Shown: positions 1 to 12,538, counted from the stretch's first letter. The stretch is DNA of 64,000 bases from Escherichia coli (GCF_003334335.1 NZ_QOWQ01000012.1), one strand, 5' to 3'. Made by a program: numbers and translations. The notes: generated by a model from the sequence alone, not told the origin.

Positions 1-65
1 TCCATAAATTAACCTTCATTTGATGCTGGATTGAACATATCAAAATCAGGCAATTACACAAATCT

Positions 66-1214
<1,149 letters not shown>

Positions 1215-1215
1215 A

Positions 1216-1904
<689 letters not shown>

Positions 1905-3062
1905 TCAGGACGCGGGGATAACCAACGGTTTATTCCCGCTTAGCTCGGTCACCAGGTCATTGATGCCATCGCTCATATTTTTAAAGCGCGTCAACGGCGA
2001 ACGAGTGACCACCACAAACGCGCCAATATTCTTCTGCGGGATCATCGCCATATAGGTAATGAAACCGCCACCACCGCCTGTCTTCTGAATAATCCCCGGA
2101 CGACCCTCTTTCGGGGCCATATATACCCAACCTAAACCAAGCGCATCCGCTTTGCCGGGGACATCCATGCCAATCACTTTCGTAAACTGCGCGCGCTGAT
2201 AAATCAACGTCTGCATGCGATCTGCCTGGTTACTGCGCTGATAAAAATCAGATGACAAATACTGCTGCATCCAGCGCATCATATCGCCAGGCGTGGAATA
2301 GACGCCGCCGCTGCCAATTGCCGCCAGCGTGTTATTGCACGGACTGGCACCGCGCTCAGCAACCATTAAACGGCGGCACTGATCCGGTGAGGGGGTGTAG
2401 GTGGTGTCTTTCATCCCCAATGGACGGGTAATCTGCTCTTCAAACAACTGGGTATAAGGCTTGCCGGACGCATTCGCCAGTGCATCTGCCAGCAGGTCGA
2501 ACGCAAGGTTAGAGTACGCCGCCTGACTGCCTGGCGCGGCTTTCAGCTTCGCCGTAGAAAGGTATTTCCAGCGTTGCTCGCGCGTTGGCCAGACAAACAC
2601 CGGACGATGTGCCGCGCCACCGGGCTGTTCACGGGGCAGGGCGCTGGTATGGGTTGCCAGATTGACCAGCGTAATGGGCGTCCCATTGTAGGTTGGCACG
2701 CGTGCGCCTGGCGGAGCATATTTACTTAGCGGATCGTTTAACTTCACGGTCCCCTGGTCGAGCAATTTCACCAGCATCTCACTGGTCATTAGCTTGGTGA
2801 GGGAAGCAATACGCACGACCGAATCCAGCTGCGGGCGAACGTTATTACCAGGTCGCGTTTCGCCATAACTGCGAAAGACGCGCTGGTTACCGTCGATAAC
2901 AACCAGAGCCATCCCCGTGGCACCGCTGCCGTAAAAAATATGATCGGCATAACGATCGACAATATCAGAGGCAAACTCCGGTTCAGTGATCGGCTGCGCC
3001 GCATGGACGGAGGTCAATGACGCCGCACACAGCACGGCAGAAAAAAGCAGACTACGTTTCAA
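1905..3062 (-). CDS. ampH: penicillin-binding protein AmpH (class C beta-lactamase-like, DD-peptidase)
   Basis: 385-aa ORF with signal peptide (MKRSLLFSAVLCAASLTSVHA) and beta-lactamase-fold motifs; length and sequence match recalled AmpH; tail-to-tail with yaiV. Confidence 0.93.
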   Translation of the reverse strand: MKRSLLFSAVLCAASLTSVHAAQPITEPEFASDIVDRYADHIFYGSGATGMALVVIDGNQRVFRSYGETRPGNNVRPQLDSVVRIASLTKLMTSEMLVKLLDQGTVKLNDPLSKYAPPGARVPTYNGTPITLVNLATHTSALPREQPGGAAHRPVFVWPTREQRWKYLSTAKLKAAPGSQAAYSNLAFDLLADALANASGKPYTQLFEEQITRPLGMKDTTYTPSPDQCRRLMVAERGASPCNNTLAAIGSGGVYSTPGDMMRWMQQYLSSDFYQRSNQADRMQTLIYQRAQFTKVIGMDVPGKADALGLGWVYMAPKEGRPGIIQKTGGGGGFITYMAMIPQKNIGAFVVVTRSPLTRFKNMSDGINDLVTELSGNKPLVIPAS

Positions 3063-3413
3063 CGGTGGTGTCCATAGATTGAATGAAGGTAACTGAGCGT
3101 ATTTATACTACTCATTGATAGATTGCAAAGGGCGAATTAGTGCAATAATAGTGTTAAAAACGTAACGGCGCGTAAACACGATCTTTTTCCTGCTCACCAA
3201 TGCCTGCATTTGTGATCCTGCGCGTGTTAATCCGCTTATGTAAACAATCTTTGGTTTGTGAAATCCGTCGAAACAATTCTTATGGTCAGGCTGGCGAACT
3301 AAGCGCCTTGCTATGGGTCACAATGGGCGGTTTCATTTGGCTGACGCTTTGTAGCGGTCATGCGGTTAATACACAGCAGTTGTTAAAACGATAAGAAGTT
3401 AGCAGGAGTGCAT

Positions 3414-4634
3414 ATGTTTAAGTCTTTTTTCCCAAAGCCGGGAACGTTTTTTCTCTCGGCCTTCGTTTGGGCATTGATTGCCGTTATCTTCTGGCAAGCC
3501 GGTGGGGGTGACTGGGTGGCGCGTATCACCGGCGCTTCCGGGCAGATCCCGATTAGCGCCGCGCGTTTCTGGTCGTTGGATTTCCTGATTTTTTACGCTT
3601 ACTACATTGTTTGCGTAGGACTTTTTGCATTGTTCTGGTTTATCTACAGCCCGCATCGTTGGCAATACTGGTCAATACTCGGTACTGCACTGATCATCTT
3701 CGTCACCTGGTTTTTGGTGGAAGTCGGGGTCGCCGTCAACGCCTGGTATGCGCCGTTCTATGATCTGATTCAAACCGCGCTAAGTTCGCCGCATAAAGTC
3801 ACCATCGAACAATTTTACCGCGAAGTGGGCGTCTTTCTGGGGATTGCGCTGATCGCTGTGGTGATCAGTGTGCTGAACAACTTCTTTGTCAGTCACTACG
3901 TGTTCCGCTGGCGTACAGCGATGAACGAATATTACATGGCGAACTGGCAACAACTGCGTCATATCGAAGGGGCCGCACAGCGTGTGCAGGAAGACACCAT
4001 GCGTTTTGCTTCAACGCTGGAGAATATGGGCGTCAGTTTTATCAACGCCATCATGACGTTGATCGCCTTCCTGCCGGTGCTGGTAACGCTCTCCGCGCAT
4101 GTGCCGGAGCTGCCGATTATCGGGCACATTCCGTATGGTCTGGTGATTGCCGCAATCGTCTGGTCGCTGATGGGGACCGGATTGCTGGCAGTGGTAGGGA
4201 TCAAACTGCCGGGGCTGGAGTTTAAAAACCAGCGTGTAGAGGCTGCCTACCGTAAAGAGCTGGTTTATGGTGAAGACGATGCCACGCGCGCGACGCCGCC
4301 TACGGTACGCGAGCTGTTTAGCGCCGTACGGAAAAACTATTTCCGCCTCTATTTTCACTATATGTATTTCAACATCGCCCGCATTCTCTATTTGCAGGTC
4401 GATAACGTTTTCGGTTTGTTCTTGCTGTTTCCGTCAATTGTTGCCGGTACGATTACGCTCGGCCTGATGACGCAGATTACCAACGTTTTTGGTCAGGTTC
4501 GCGGTGCTTTCCAGTACCTGATTAACTCATGGACCACACTGGTTGAGTTGATGTCTATCTACAAACGTCTGCGCAGCTTTGAACATGAGCTGGATGGTGA
4601 CAAAATTCAGGAAGTAACCCATACCTTGAGCTAA
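3414..4634 (+). CDS. sbmA: peptide antibiotic / antimicrobial peptide importer SbmA
   Basis: Polytopic membrane ORF starting [24 protein letters not shown]; ATG at 3414 sits 5 nt after AGGAG (3404-3408); 406 aa as recalled for SbmA. The track start at 3408 is an upstream GTG. Confidence 0.93.
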   Translation: MFKSFFPKPGTFFLSAFVWALIAVIFWQAGGGDWVARITGASGQIPISAARFWSLDFLIFYAYYIVCVGLFALFWFIYSPHRWQYWSILGTALIIFVTWFLVEVGVAVNAWYAPFYDLIQTALSSPHKVTIEQFYREVGVFLGIALIAVVISVLNNFFVSHYVFRWRTAMNEYYMANWQQLRHIEGAAQRVQEDTMRFASTLENMGVSFINAIMTLIAFLPVLVTLSAHVPELPIIGHIPYGLVIAAIVWSLMGTGLLAVVGIKLPGLEFKNQRVEAAYRKELVYGEDDATRATPPTVRELFSAVRKNYFRLYFHYMYFNIARILYLQVDNVFGLFLLFPSIVAGTITLGLMTQITNVFGQVRGAFQYLINSWTTLVELMSIYKRLRSFEHELDGDKIQEVTHTLS

Positions 4635-4646
4635 AAAGGAGAAGTA

Positions 4647-5741
4647 ATGTCGCGCGTCAATCCTCTATCTTCGCTGTCATTGTTGGCGGTTCTGGTTTTA
4701 GCGGGGTGTAGTAGTCAGGCTCCGCAACCGTTGAAAAAGGGCGAAAAAGCGATAGATGTAGCGAGCGTCGTGCGGCAGAAGATGCCTGCGAGCGTGAAAG
4801 ACCGCGATGCCTGGGCGAAAGATCTCGCCACCACCTTTGAAAGTCAGGGGCTGGCACCGACGCTGGAAAACGTCTGCTCGGTGCTGGCGGTGGCGCAGCA
4901 GGAGTCAAATTATCAGGCAGATCCGGCCGTTCCGGGCTTAAGCAAGATCGCCTGGCAAGAGATTGACCGTCGTGCTGAACGGATGCACATTCCTGCTTTT
5001 CTGGTTCATACCGCGCTAAAAATCAAATCGCCAAACGGCAAAAGTTATAGCGAACGGTTAGATTCGGTGCGTACAGAAAAGCAATTGAGCGCGATTTTTG
5101 ACGATCTGATCAACATGGTGCCAATGGGGCAGACGCTGTTTGGTTCGCTCAATCCGGTGCGCACCGGTGGGCCGATGCAGGTCAGCATTGCTTTTGCCGA
5201 ACAGCATACCAAAGGGTACCCGTGGAAAATGGACGGTACAGTCCGTCAGGAAGTCTTCAGTCGCCGCGGCGGGTTGTGGTTTGGTACTTACCATTTACTG
5301 AATTATCCCGCCAGTTATAGCGCACCGATATACCGTTTTGCTGATTTTAACGCTGGCTGGTACGCCAGCCGTAATGCCGCGTTTCAGAACGCGGTCAGTA
5401 AGGCCAGCGGCGTGAAGCTGGCACTGGACGGTGATTTAATTCGTTACGACAGTAAAGAACCCGGGAAAACCGAACTGGCAACGCGCAAACTGGCTGCAAA
5501 ACTGGGGATGAGCGACAGCGAAATTCGCCGTCAGTTAGAGAAAGGTGACAGCTTCTCTTTTGAGGAGACGGCGCTGTACAAGAAAGTTTATCAACTTGCC
5601 GAAACGAAAACGGGTAAATCACTCCCCCGCGAAATGTTGCCTGGCATTCAACTGGAAAGCCCGAAAATCACCCGCAACCTGACTACGGCCTGGTTTGCGA
5701 AGCGCGTAGACGAACGGCGGGCGCGTTGTATGAAACAGTGA
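4647..5741 (+). CDS. yaiW: lipoprotein YaiW (co-transcribed with sbmA)
   Basis: 364-aa ORF with lipoprotein signal (…LAGCSSQ lipobox); begins 12 nt after the sbmA stop, implying an operon. Confidence 0.9.
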   Translation: MSRVNPLSSLSLLAVLVLAGCSSQAPQPLKKGEKAIDVASVVRQKMPASVKDRDAWAKDLATTFESQGLAPTLENVCSVLAVAQQESNYQADPAVPGLSKIAWQEIDRRAERMHIPAFLVHTALKIKSPNGKSYSERLDSVRTEKQLSAIFDDLINMVPMGQTLFGSLNPVRTGGPMQVSIAFAEQHTKGYPWKMDGTVRQEVFSRRGGLWFGTYHLLNYPASYSAPIYRFADFNAGWYASRNAAFQNAVSKASGVKLALDGDLIRYDSKEPGKTELATRKLAAKLGMSDSEIRRQLEKGDSFSFEETALYKKVYQLAETKTGKSLPREMLPGIQLESPKITRNLTTAWFAKRVDERRARCMKQ

Positions 5742-5758
5742 TCAAACAGGAATGTCAG

Positions 5759-5790
5759 GCCAGATAAGGCGTTTCAGGCCGCATCTGACA
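5759..5790. repeat. degenerate REP-like palindromic element between convergent yaiW and yaiY
   Basis: ggccagataaggcgtttcaggccgcatctgac resembles the REP consensus (gccggataaggcgtttacgccgcatccggc). Confidence 0.4.
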
Positions 5791-5799
5791 ATGTAAAAC

Positions 5800-6108
5800 T
5801 TACTGGCGGCGATGTCGCCAGTGCAGCCATAGCGCCACCACTGCAAAAATGAGGCAGCCTACTAAAAACGGGATCAGCCCGAAAATGGTGCCGACACCTA
5901 AACCAATTTCCACCCGTGGGCGACCTGTTTCCTGGACCTGCATTAAACGCTCATAGACGCCGGGCGCATGCACTAACAGGTTCAGCAATTGCGCCCCAGC
6001 CCAAAAGCAAAACAGCACAAACAACGCATAGGCAATGTTGCCAGGCGTTGAAGAGGCATTGCGATATTTTCCGCTAAACAGCGATTTTGACAGGGTGAAA
6101 TCAGCCAT
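5800..6108 (-). CDS. yaiY: small inner-membrane protein YaiY
   Basis: 102-aa ORF with two hydrophobic segments; matches recalled YaiY. Confidence 0.85.
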
Positions 6109-6367
6109 AAAAACCTCCGGAAGTCATCTGCTTCTCTTCTGGTGTGATACCAGCGGCTTATGGCAAGTCTGACAGGTCATTTAGATTGTCAATATCAGAA
6201 TCATGGTAAATTGATGTTGGGAATATTCCCGAAGCGTGAATCTTCGTTGTGAGTCACAAAATGGCAACCTTAAGTTAAATTTATTAACAATTACGAAAAT
6301 GTTGTCTACACCACAGACGGTTGTTGCAGAATATGCAAGGATGTTGTTTTTCGTTAACGGAGCTGCC

Positions 6368-6580
6368 ATGAATCTGCCTGTAAAAATCCGCCGTGACTGG
6401 CACTACTATGCGTTCGCCATTGGCCTTATATTCATTCTTAATGGCGTGGTGGGGTTACTGGGATTTGAAGCAAAAGGTTGGCAGACCTATGCCGTCGGTC
6501 TGGTGACGTGGGTGATTAGTTTCTGGCTGGCGGGGTTGATTATTCGTCGTCGCGATGAAGAAACTGAAAACGCCCAATAA
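6368..6580 (+). CDS. yaiZ: small membrane protein YaiZ (70 aa)
   Basis: The 114-aa track ORF trimmed to the ATG at 6368 gives the 70-aa protein MNLPVKIRRDWHYYAFAIGL... with two transmembrane segments, as recalled for YaiZ. Confidence 0.75.
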   Translation: MNLPVKIRRDWHYYAFAIGLIFILNGVVGLLGFEAKGWQTYAVGLVTWVISFWLAGLIIRRRDEETENAQ

Positions 6581-6597
6581 GAATATTATCGGGCGTT
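6569..6597. terminator. hairpin between convergent yaiZ and ddlA (candidate bidirectional terminator)
   Basis: aacgccc-(15 nt loop)-gggcgtt inverted repeat flanked by A/T; overlaps the yaiZ stop codon. Confidence 0.45.
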
Positions 6598-6603
6598 AAA
6601 ATA

Positions 6604-7698
6604 TTACATTGTGGTTTTCAATGCGTTATCCGCAGCGTGACGCTCCAGCGCCAGTTCAATCAAACGTGTGATCAGATCGGTGTAACCCAGACCGCTGGCT
6701 TGCCACAGCTTCGGATACATACTGATATTAGTGAAGCCAGGCAGGGTGTTGATCTCGTTGATCACCACTTCGTTCTCTGGGGTTAAAAACACGTCTACAC
6801 GCGCCATGCCTGCGCATCCCAACGTTTGATAAGCCTGAACGGCAATCGCCCGGATCTTATCGTTGATTTCTGGCGCAATGGCTGCCGGAACTACCACTTT
6901 CGCGCCATCTTCGTCAATGTACTTGGTGTCGTAGGCATAGAAATCGCTGGTGAGTACGATCTCTCCACAGGTGCTGGCTTGCGGATTGTCGTTGCCCAGA
7001 ACTGCGCATTCGATCTCACGACCTTTGATCCCTTGCTCAACGATCACTTTATGATCGAACTCGAACGCCAGATCGACGGCAATTGCGTACTGTTCTTCAC
7101 TGGTTACTTTGCTGACACCAACAGAAGAGCCCTGATTAGCCGGTTTTACAAACAGTGGTAACCCCAGTTTAGACTCCACTTCGGCAAAACTAATGTTGTG
7201 ACGATTGGCGCGCGTCAGGGTAATAAATGGCGCAATGTTCAGCCCGGCATCGCGTAGCAGACGTTTGGTGACATCTTTGTCCATACAGGCTGCTGAAGCC
7301 AGAACATCAGAACCTACAAACGGTAAATTGGCGACCCGCAGCATTCCCTGCAAGGAACCATCTTCGCCCAGCGTACCGTGGACAATCGGGAAAATGACAT
7401 CCACCGTCGGCAACGGCTGACCGTTTTGCGCGTCGATAAGCTGATGCTCATGTTTACCTGGCACCTGCGCAAGGCTGGTCGCCGAAGGGCGCAACGCAAT
7501 ATGGGCAGGATCGTCTGCATTTAGCAGATAATTGCTGGCATCGCTGACGTGCCATTGCCCTTGTTTATCAATGCCCAGCAGCACAACGTCGAAGCGACTT
7601 TTATCAATGGCATCGACAATGTTTTTTGCCGATTGCAGAGACACTTCATGTTCCGCTGATTTACCACCAAAAACGATTCCTACCCGCAGTTTTTCCAT
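6604..7698 (-). CDS. ddlA: D-alanine--D-alanine ligase A
   Basis: 364-aa [34 protein letters not shown]..., ATP-grasp family; matches recalled DdlA. Confidence 0.96.
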   Translation of the reverse strand: MEKLRVGIVFGGKSAEHEVSLQSAKNIVDAIDKSRFDVVLLGIDKQGQWHVSDASNYLLNADDPAHIALRPSATSLAQVPGKHEHQLIDAQNGQPLPTVDVIFPIVHGTLGEDGSLQGMLRVANLPFVGSDVLASAACMDKDVTKRLLRDAGLNIAPFITLTRANRHNISFAEVESKLGLPLFVKPANQGSSVGVSKVTSEEQYAIAVDLAFEFDHKVIVEQGIKGREIECAVLGNDNPQASTCGEIVLTSDFYAYDTKYIDEDGAKVVVPAAIAPEINDKIRAIAVQAYQTLGCAGMARVDVFLTPENEVVINEINTLPGFTNISMYPKLWQASGLGYTDLITRLIELALERHAADNALKTTM

Positions 7699-8160
7699 CT
7701 TAAAAACCTATCCCGTCTAACACAAAGTGCATACATTACCACGACAAAACGGGGGATTCGCGGCCTTCTGAAAGATTGTTGCAATCTTCTGCTGACAAAG
7801 CGTGCAACGTACTGGTGAAGAAAGTGCGTTATCTCAAAGATGTGCGCAAGATCACAAAAATGATGAACGGGAAGCTAATTTATTCCTGGCTTAAATGGCC
7901 ATGCGGTGAGTTTTTTTCTCTTAATTATAAGTTAACGAAGAGAATATATTTCATAACTTTTATTTATAATAAAGGTTGATAATTAAAAGCCTATATTTTG
8001 TGTGGGTAATTATTTAAATAAGAGAAACGTTTCGCTGGTAATCAAACAAAAAATATTTGCGCAAAGTATTTCCTTTGTCATAAAAATAATACTTCCAGAC
8101 ACTATGAAGTTGTGAAACATAATGTTAACTTCTCCATACTTTGGATAAGGAAATACAGAC

Positions 8161-8421
8161 ATGAAAAATCTCATTGCTGAGTTGTTATTTAAGCTTGCCC
8201 AAAAAGAAGAAGAGTCGAAAGAACTGTGTGCGCAGGTAGAAGCTTTGGAGATTATCGTCACTGCAATGCTTCGCAATATGGCGCAAAATGACCAACAGCG
8301 GTTGATTGATCAGGTAGAGGGGGCGCTGTACGAGGTAAAGCCCGATGCCAGCATTCCTGACGACGATACGGAGCTGCTGCGCGATTACGTAAAGAAGTTA
8401 TTGAAGCATCCTCGTCAGTAA
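8161..8421 (+). CDS. iraP: anti-adaptor protein IraP (RpoS stabiliser)
   Basis: 86-aa [36 protein letters not shown]...; matches recalled IraP (YaiB). Confidence 0.9.
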
Positions 8422-8441
8422 AAAGTTAATCTTTTCAACAG

Positions 8442-8475
8442 CTGTCATAAAGTTGTCACGGCCGAGACTTATAGT
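8442..8475 (+). promoter_or_regulatory. phoA promoter: Pho box plus -10 hexamer
   Basis: ctgtcataaagttgtcac (8442-8459) matches the PhoB-binding Pho box consensus CTGTCATA(A/T)A(T/A)CTGTCA(C/T); tatagt at 8470-8475 is a plausible -10. Confidence 0.8.
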
Positions 8476-8521
8476 CGCTTTGTTTTTATTTTTTAATGTA
8501 TTTGTACATGGAGAAAATAAA

Positions 8522-9937
8522 GTGAAACAAAGCACTATTGCACTGGCACTCTTACCGTTACTGTTTACCCCTGTGACAAAAGCCCGGACACCAGAAATGC
8601 CTGTTCTGGAAAACCGGGCTGCTCAGGGCGATATTACTGCACCCGGCGGTGCTCGCCGTTTAACGGGTGATCAGACTGCCGCTCTGCGTGATTCTCTTAG
8701 CGATAAACCTGCAAAAAATATTATTTTGCTGATTGGCGATGGGATGGGGGACTCGGAAATTACTGCCGCACGTAATTATGCCGAAGGTGCGGGCGGCTTT
8801 TTTAAAGGTATAGATGCCTTACCGCTTACCGGGCAATACACTCACTATGCGCTGAATAAAAAAACCGGCAAACCGGACTACGTCACCGACTCGGCTGCAT
8901 CAGCAACCGCCTGGTCAACCGGTGTCAAAACCTATAACGGCGCGCTGGGCGTCGATATTCACGAAAAAGATCACCCAACGATTCTGGAAATGGCAAAAGC
9001 CGCAGGTCTGGCGACCGGTAACGTTTCTACCGCAGAGTTGCAGGATGCCACGCCCGCTGCGCTGGTGGCACATGTGACCTCGCGCAAATGCTACGGTCCG
9101 AGCGCGACCAGTGAAAAATGTCCGGGTAACGCTCTGGAAAAAGGCGGAAAAGGATCGATTACCGAACAGCTGCTTAACGCTCGTGCCGACGTTACGCTTG
9201 GCGGCGGCGCAAAAACCTTTGCTGAAACGGCAACCGCTGGTGAATGGCAGGGAAAAACGCTGCGTGAACAGGCACAGGCGCGTGGTTATCAGTTGGTGAG
9301 CGATGCTGCCTCACTGAATTCGGTGACGGAAGCGAATCAGCAAAAACCCCTGCTTGGCCTGTTTGCTGACGGCAATATGCCAGTGCGCTGGCTAGGACCG
9401 AAAGCAACGTACCATGGCAATATCGATAAGCCCGCAGTCACCTGTACGCCAAATCCGCAACGTAATGACAGTGTACCAACCCTGGCGCAGATGACCGACA
9501 AAGCCATTGAATTGTTGAGTAAAAATGAGAAAGGCTTTTTCCTGCAAGTTGAAGGTGCGTCAATCGATAAACAGGATCATGCTGCGAATCCTTGTGGGCA
9601 AATTGGCGAGACGGTCGATCTCGATGAAGCCGTACAACGGGCGCTGGAATTCGCTAAAAAGGAGGGTAACACGCTGGTCATAGTCACCGCTGATCACGCC
9701 CACGCCAGCCAGATTGTTGCGCCGGATACCAAAGCTCCGGGCCTCACCCAGGCGCTAAATACCAAAGATGGCGCAGTGATGGTGATGAGTTACGGGAACT
9801 CCGAAGAGGATTCACAAGAACATACCGGCAGTCAGTTGCGTATTGCGGCGTATGGCCCGCATGCCGCCAATGTTGTTGGACTGACCGACCAGACCGATCT
9901 CTTCTACACCATGAAAGCCGCTCTGGGGCTGAAATAA
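8522..9937 (+). CDS. phoA: alkaline phosphatase
   Basis: GTG start at 8522 giving [21 protein letters not shown] signal peptide and 471 aa; contains the ...[15 protein letters not shown]... active-site region. Confidence 0.96.
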   Translation: MKQSTIALALLPLLFTPVTKARTPEMPVLENRAAQGDITAPGGARRLTGDQTAALRDSLSDKPAKNIILLIGDGMGDSEITAARNYAEGAGGFFKGIDALPLTGQYTHYALNKKTGKPDYVTDSAASATAWSTGVKTYNGALGVDIHEKDHPTILEMAKAAGLATGNVSTAELQDATPAALVAHVTSRKCYGPSATSEKCPGNALEKGGKGSITEQLLNARADVTLGGGAKTFAETATAGEWQGKTLREQAQARGYQLVSDAASLNSVTEANQQKPLLGLFADGNMPVRWLGPKATYHGNIDKPAVTCTPNPQRNDSVPTLAQMTDKAIELLSKNEKGFFLQVEGASIDKQDHAANPCGQIGETVDLDEAVQRALEFAKKEGNTLVIVTADHAHASQIVAPDTKAPGLTQALNTKDGAVMVMSYGNSEEDSQEHTGSQLRIAAYGPHAANVVGLTDQTDLFYTMKAALGLK

Positions 9938-9944
9938 AACCGCG

Positions 9945-9981
9945 CCCGGCAGTGAATTTTCGCTGCCGGGTGGTTTTTTTG
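9945..9981 (+). terminator. intrinsic terminator after phoA
   Basis: cccggcag-N-ctgccggg hairpin followed by a T-run (tggtttttttg). Confidence 0.7.
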
Positions 9982-10055
9982 CTGTTAGCAACCAGACTTA
10001 ATGGCAGATCACGGGCGCATACGCTCATGGTTAAAACATGAAGAGGGATGGTGCT

Positions 10056-10376
10056 ATGAAAATAACATTACTGGTTACCTTGCTTTTCGGTCTGGTTTTT
10101 TTAACCACCGTCGGCGCTGCCGAGAGAACTTTAACCCCACAACAACAGCGTATGACCTCCTGTAATCAGCAGGCGACGGCGCAGGCGTTGAAAGGGGATG
10201 CTCGTAAGACCTACATGAGTGATTGCCTGAAGAACAGCAAGTCTGCGCCTGGCGAAAAAAGTTTGACGCCACAGCAGCAAAAGATGCGCGAATGCAATAA
10301 TCAAGCAACACAACAATCTCTGAAAGGTGATGATCGTAATAAGTTTATGAGTGCCTGCCTCAAGAAAGCCGCCTGA
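10056..10376 (+). CDS. psiF: phosphate starvation-inducible protein PsiF
   Basis: 106-aa ORF with signal peptide starting MKITLLVTLLFGLVFLTTVGAA and two tandem 34-aa modules; the track ORF begins at an upstream ATG (10038). Confidence 0.88.
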   Translation: MKITLLVTLLFGLVFLTTVGAAERTLTPQQQRMTSCNQQATAQALKGDARKTYMSDCLKNSKSAPGEKSLTPQQQKMRECNNQATQQSLKGDDRNKFMSACLKKAA

Positions 10377-10392
10377 TACCTGATAGTGCTAA

Positions 10393-10420
10393 CGGGTGAG
10401 CTACGAAAATGGCTCACCCG
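10393..10420 (+). terminator. hairpin after psiF
   Basis: cgggtgagc-(loop)-gctcacccg inverted repeat; weak downstream T-run, so low confidence. Confidence 0.4.
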
Positions 10421-10477
10421 AAATATCATACTTCTGCCTTTAGCTCCGTCTCTATAATTTGGGAAAATTGTTTCTGA

Positions 10478-11593
10478 ATGTTCCCAAAAATAATGAATGA
10501 TGAAAACTTTTTCAAAAAAGCGGCGGCGCACGGGGAGGAACCTCCTTTAACTCCTCAAAACGAACATCAGCGGTCCGGGCTGCGCTTCGCCCGTCGCGTC
10601 AGACTACCCCGTGCGGTTGGCCTGGCTGGCATGTTCTTACCGATTGCTTCAACGCTGGTTTCACACCCGCCGCCGGGCTGGTGGTGGCTGGTGTTGGTCG
10701 GCTGGGCGTTCGTCTGGCCGCATTTAGCCTGGCAGATAGCGAGCAGGGCCGTCGATCCGCTTAGCCGGGAAATTTACAACTTAAAAACCGATGCAGTATT
10801 AGCGGGAATGTGGGTAGGCGTAATGGGCGTAAACGTGCTGCCTTCCACCGCGATGTTGATGATTATGTGTCTGAATTTGATGGGGGCAGGCGGCCCCCGT
10901 CTGTTTGTCGCGGGTCTGGTGTTGATGGTGGTTTCCTGCCTTGTCACCCTCGAGCTGACGGGCATTACCGTGTCGTTCAATAGTGCGCCGCTGGAATGGT
11001 GGCTCTCCCTTCCCATTATTGTCATTTATCCTCTGCTGTTTGGCTGGGTCAGCTACCAGACGGCAACCAAACTGGCGGAACATAAACGCAGGTTGCAGGT
11101 CATGAGTACCCGCGACGGCATGACGGGCGTGTATAACCGACGTCATTGGGAAACTATGTTACGCAATGAATTTGATAACTGTCGGCGGCATAATCGCGAT
11201 GCAACGTTACTGATTATCGATATCGACCATTTCAAGAGCATCAACGATACCTGGGGCCATGATGTGGGCGATGAAGCGATTGTGGCGCTTACCCGACAGT
11301 TACAAATTACCCTGCGCGGTAGCGATGTGATTGGTCGGTTTGGCGGCGATGAGTTTGCAGTAATCATGTCCGGTACGCCAGCTGAGAGCGCCATTACCGC
11401 CATGTTACGGGTGCATGAAGGGCTAAATACATTACGTTTGCCGAATACGCCACAGGTAACTTTACGGATTAGTGTGGGGGTTGCGCCGCTGAACCCACAA
11501 ATGAGTCACTATCGTGAGTGGTTGAAATCGGCAGATTTGGCGCTTTACAAAGCAAAGAAAGCCGGACGTAACCGCACCGAAGTGGCGGCCTGA
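10478..11593 (+). CDS. dgcC: diguanylate cyclase (membrane N-terminal domain plus GGDEF)
   Basis: 371-aa ORF; hydrophobic N-terminal half, C-terminal GGDEF domain with RFGGDEF motif; matches recalled DgcC/AdrA/YaiC. Confidence 0.9.
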   Translation: MFPKIMNDENFFKKAAAHGEEPPLTPQNEHQRSGLRFARRVRLPRAVGLAGMFLPIASTLVSHPPPGWWWLVLVGWAFVWPHLAWQIASRAVDPLSREIYNLKTDAVLAGMWVGVMGVNVLPSTAMLMIMCLNLMGAGGPRLFVAGLVLMVVSCLVTLELTGITVSFNSAPLEWWLSLPIIVIYPLLFGWVSYQTATKLAEHKRRLQVMSTRDGMTGVYNRRHWETMLRNEFDNCRRHNRDATLLIIDIDHFKSINDTWGHDVGDEAIVALTRQLQITLRGSDVIGRFGGDEFAVIMSGTPAESAITAMLRVHEGLNTLRLPNTPQVTLRISVGVAPLNPQMSHYREWLKSADLALYKAKKAGRNRTEVAA

Positions 11594-11609
11594 CGTCCGG
11601 CGAAAGTCA

Positions 11610-12419
11610 TCAGGATTTGCTGAGTTTTTCTGATTTTTCCATACACTTCGTCATCGCTTCGATCACTGCAGCACGGAAGCCTTTCTCTTCCAGTACGCGT
11701 ACCGCTTCAATGGTGGTGCCTCCCGGTGAGCAGACCATATCTTTCAGTGCCCCCGGATGTTCTCCCGTTTCCAGCACCATTTTTGCGGAACCCATTACCG
11801 CCTGAGCGGCAAATTTATACGCCTGGGCGCGTGGCATCCCGCCCAGCACGGCGGCGTCGGCCATCGCTTCGATAAACATAAATACGTAGGCTGGCGAAGA
11901 ACCGCTCACACCGACCACCGGGTGGATCATCGGCTCAGCAATTACTTCCGCTTCGCCAAAGCAGCGGAAAATATTCAGCACATCAGCGGTATCTTCTGGG
12001 GTTACCAGCGCGTTTGGCGTTACGGAGGTCATCCCGGCATTAACCAGTGCGGGAGTGTTCGGCATGGCGCGGATAATTTTCCGGTCATGGCCCAGCGCGC
12101 GGGCAAGCTGGTCGAGCGTGACACCTGCAGCAATAGAAACGACCAGAGAGTCTTTATTCAGGCTGGAGGTGATTTCGCTAAGCACTTTAATCATGATGCC
12201 AGGTTTAACGGCAGCAAAAATGATGTCGGCGATTTGCGCCACTTCTTGCGCCGATTCTGCGGCGTTGATGCCGAACTGGTCATGCAGGGCGGCGACTTTA
12301 TCCGGGGAGGGGGTGTATACCCAGATTTGCCCTGGAAGCACCTGACCGCTGGCAATCAGACCGCCGAGAATGGCTTTTCCCATATTGCCGCAGCCAATAA
12401 AACCGATTTTCTTTTCCAT
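11610..12419 (-). CDS. proC: pyrroline-5-carboxylate reductase
   Basis: Start moved to the ATG at 12419 ([20 protein letters not shown]..., Rossmann GxGxxG) with RBS just upstream; 269 aa as recalled. The 305-aa track ORF is an upstream extension. Confidence 0.94.
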   Translation of the reverse strand: MEKKIGFIGCGNMGKAILGGLIASGQVLPGQIWVYTPSPDKVAALHDQFGINAAESAQEVAQIADIIFAAVKPGIMIKVLSEITSSLNKDSLVVSIAAGVTLDQLARALGHDRKIIRAMPNTPALVNAGMTSVTPNALVTPEDTADVLNIFRCFGEAEVIAEPMIHPVVGVSGSSPAYVFMFIEAMADAAVLGGMPRAQAYKFAAQAVMGSAKMVLETGEHPGALKDMVCSPGGTTIEAVRVLEEKGFRAAVIEAMTKCMEKSEKLSKS

Positions 12420-12538
12420 TGCCTCACTCCTGCCGTGAAATTCATTGTTTTGATAATCGCTGGCAGAAGCATAAACAGAACTATGCCGGAAGGCAAAAGC
12501 GCGACACAATAGAGGATTACCCAACAAAGGATGACTTT

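Noticed and set aside
3399-3665. 88-aa minus-strand ORF overlapping the sbmA start
   Set aside because: Antisense to the well-supported sbmA N-terminus; Arg/Lys/Pro-rich shadow.
7776-7979. 67-aa plus-strand ORF in the ddlA-iraP intergenic region
   Set aside because: Lies in AT-rich low-complexity DNA, with no Shine-Dalgarno and an implausible composition; treated as non-coding, though the region is flagged.
11757-12512. 251-aa plus-strand ORF
   Set aside because: Antisense shadow of proC, His/Arg/Gly-rich with no recognisable domain.
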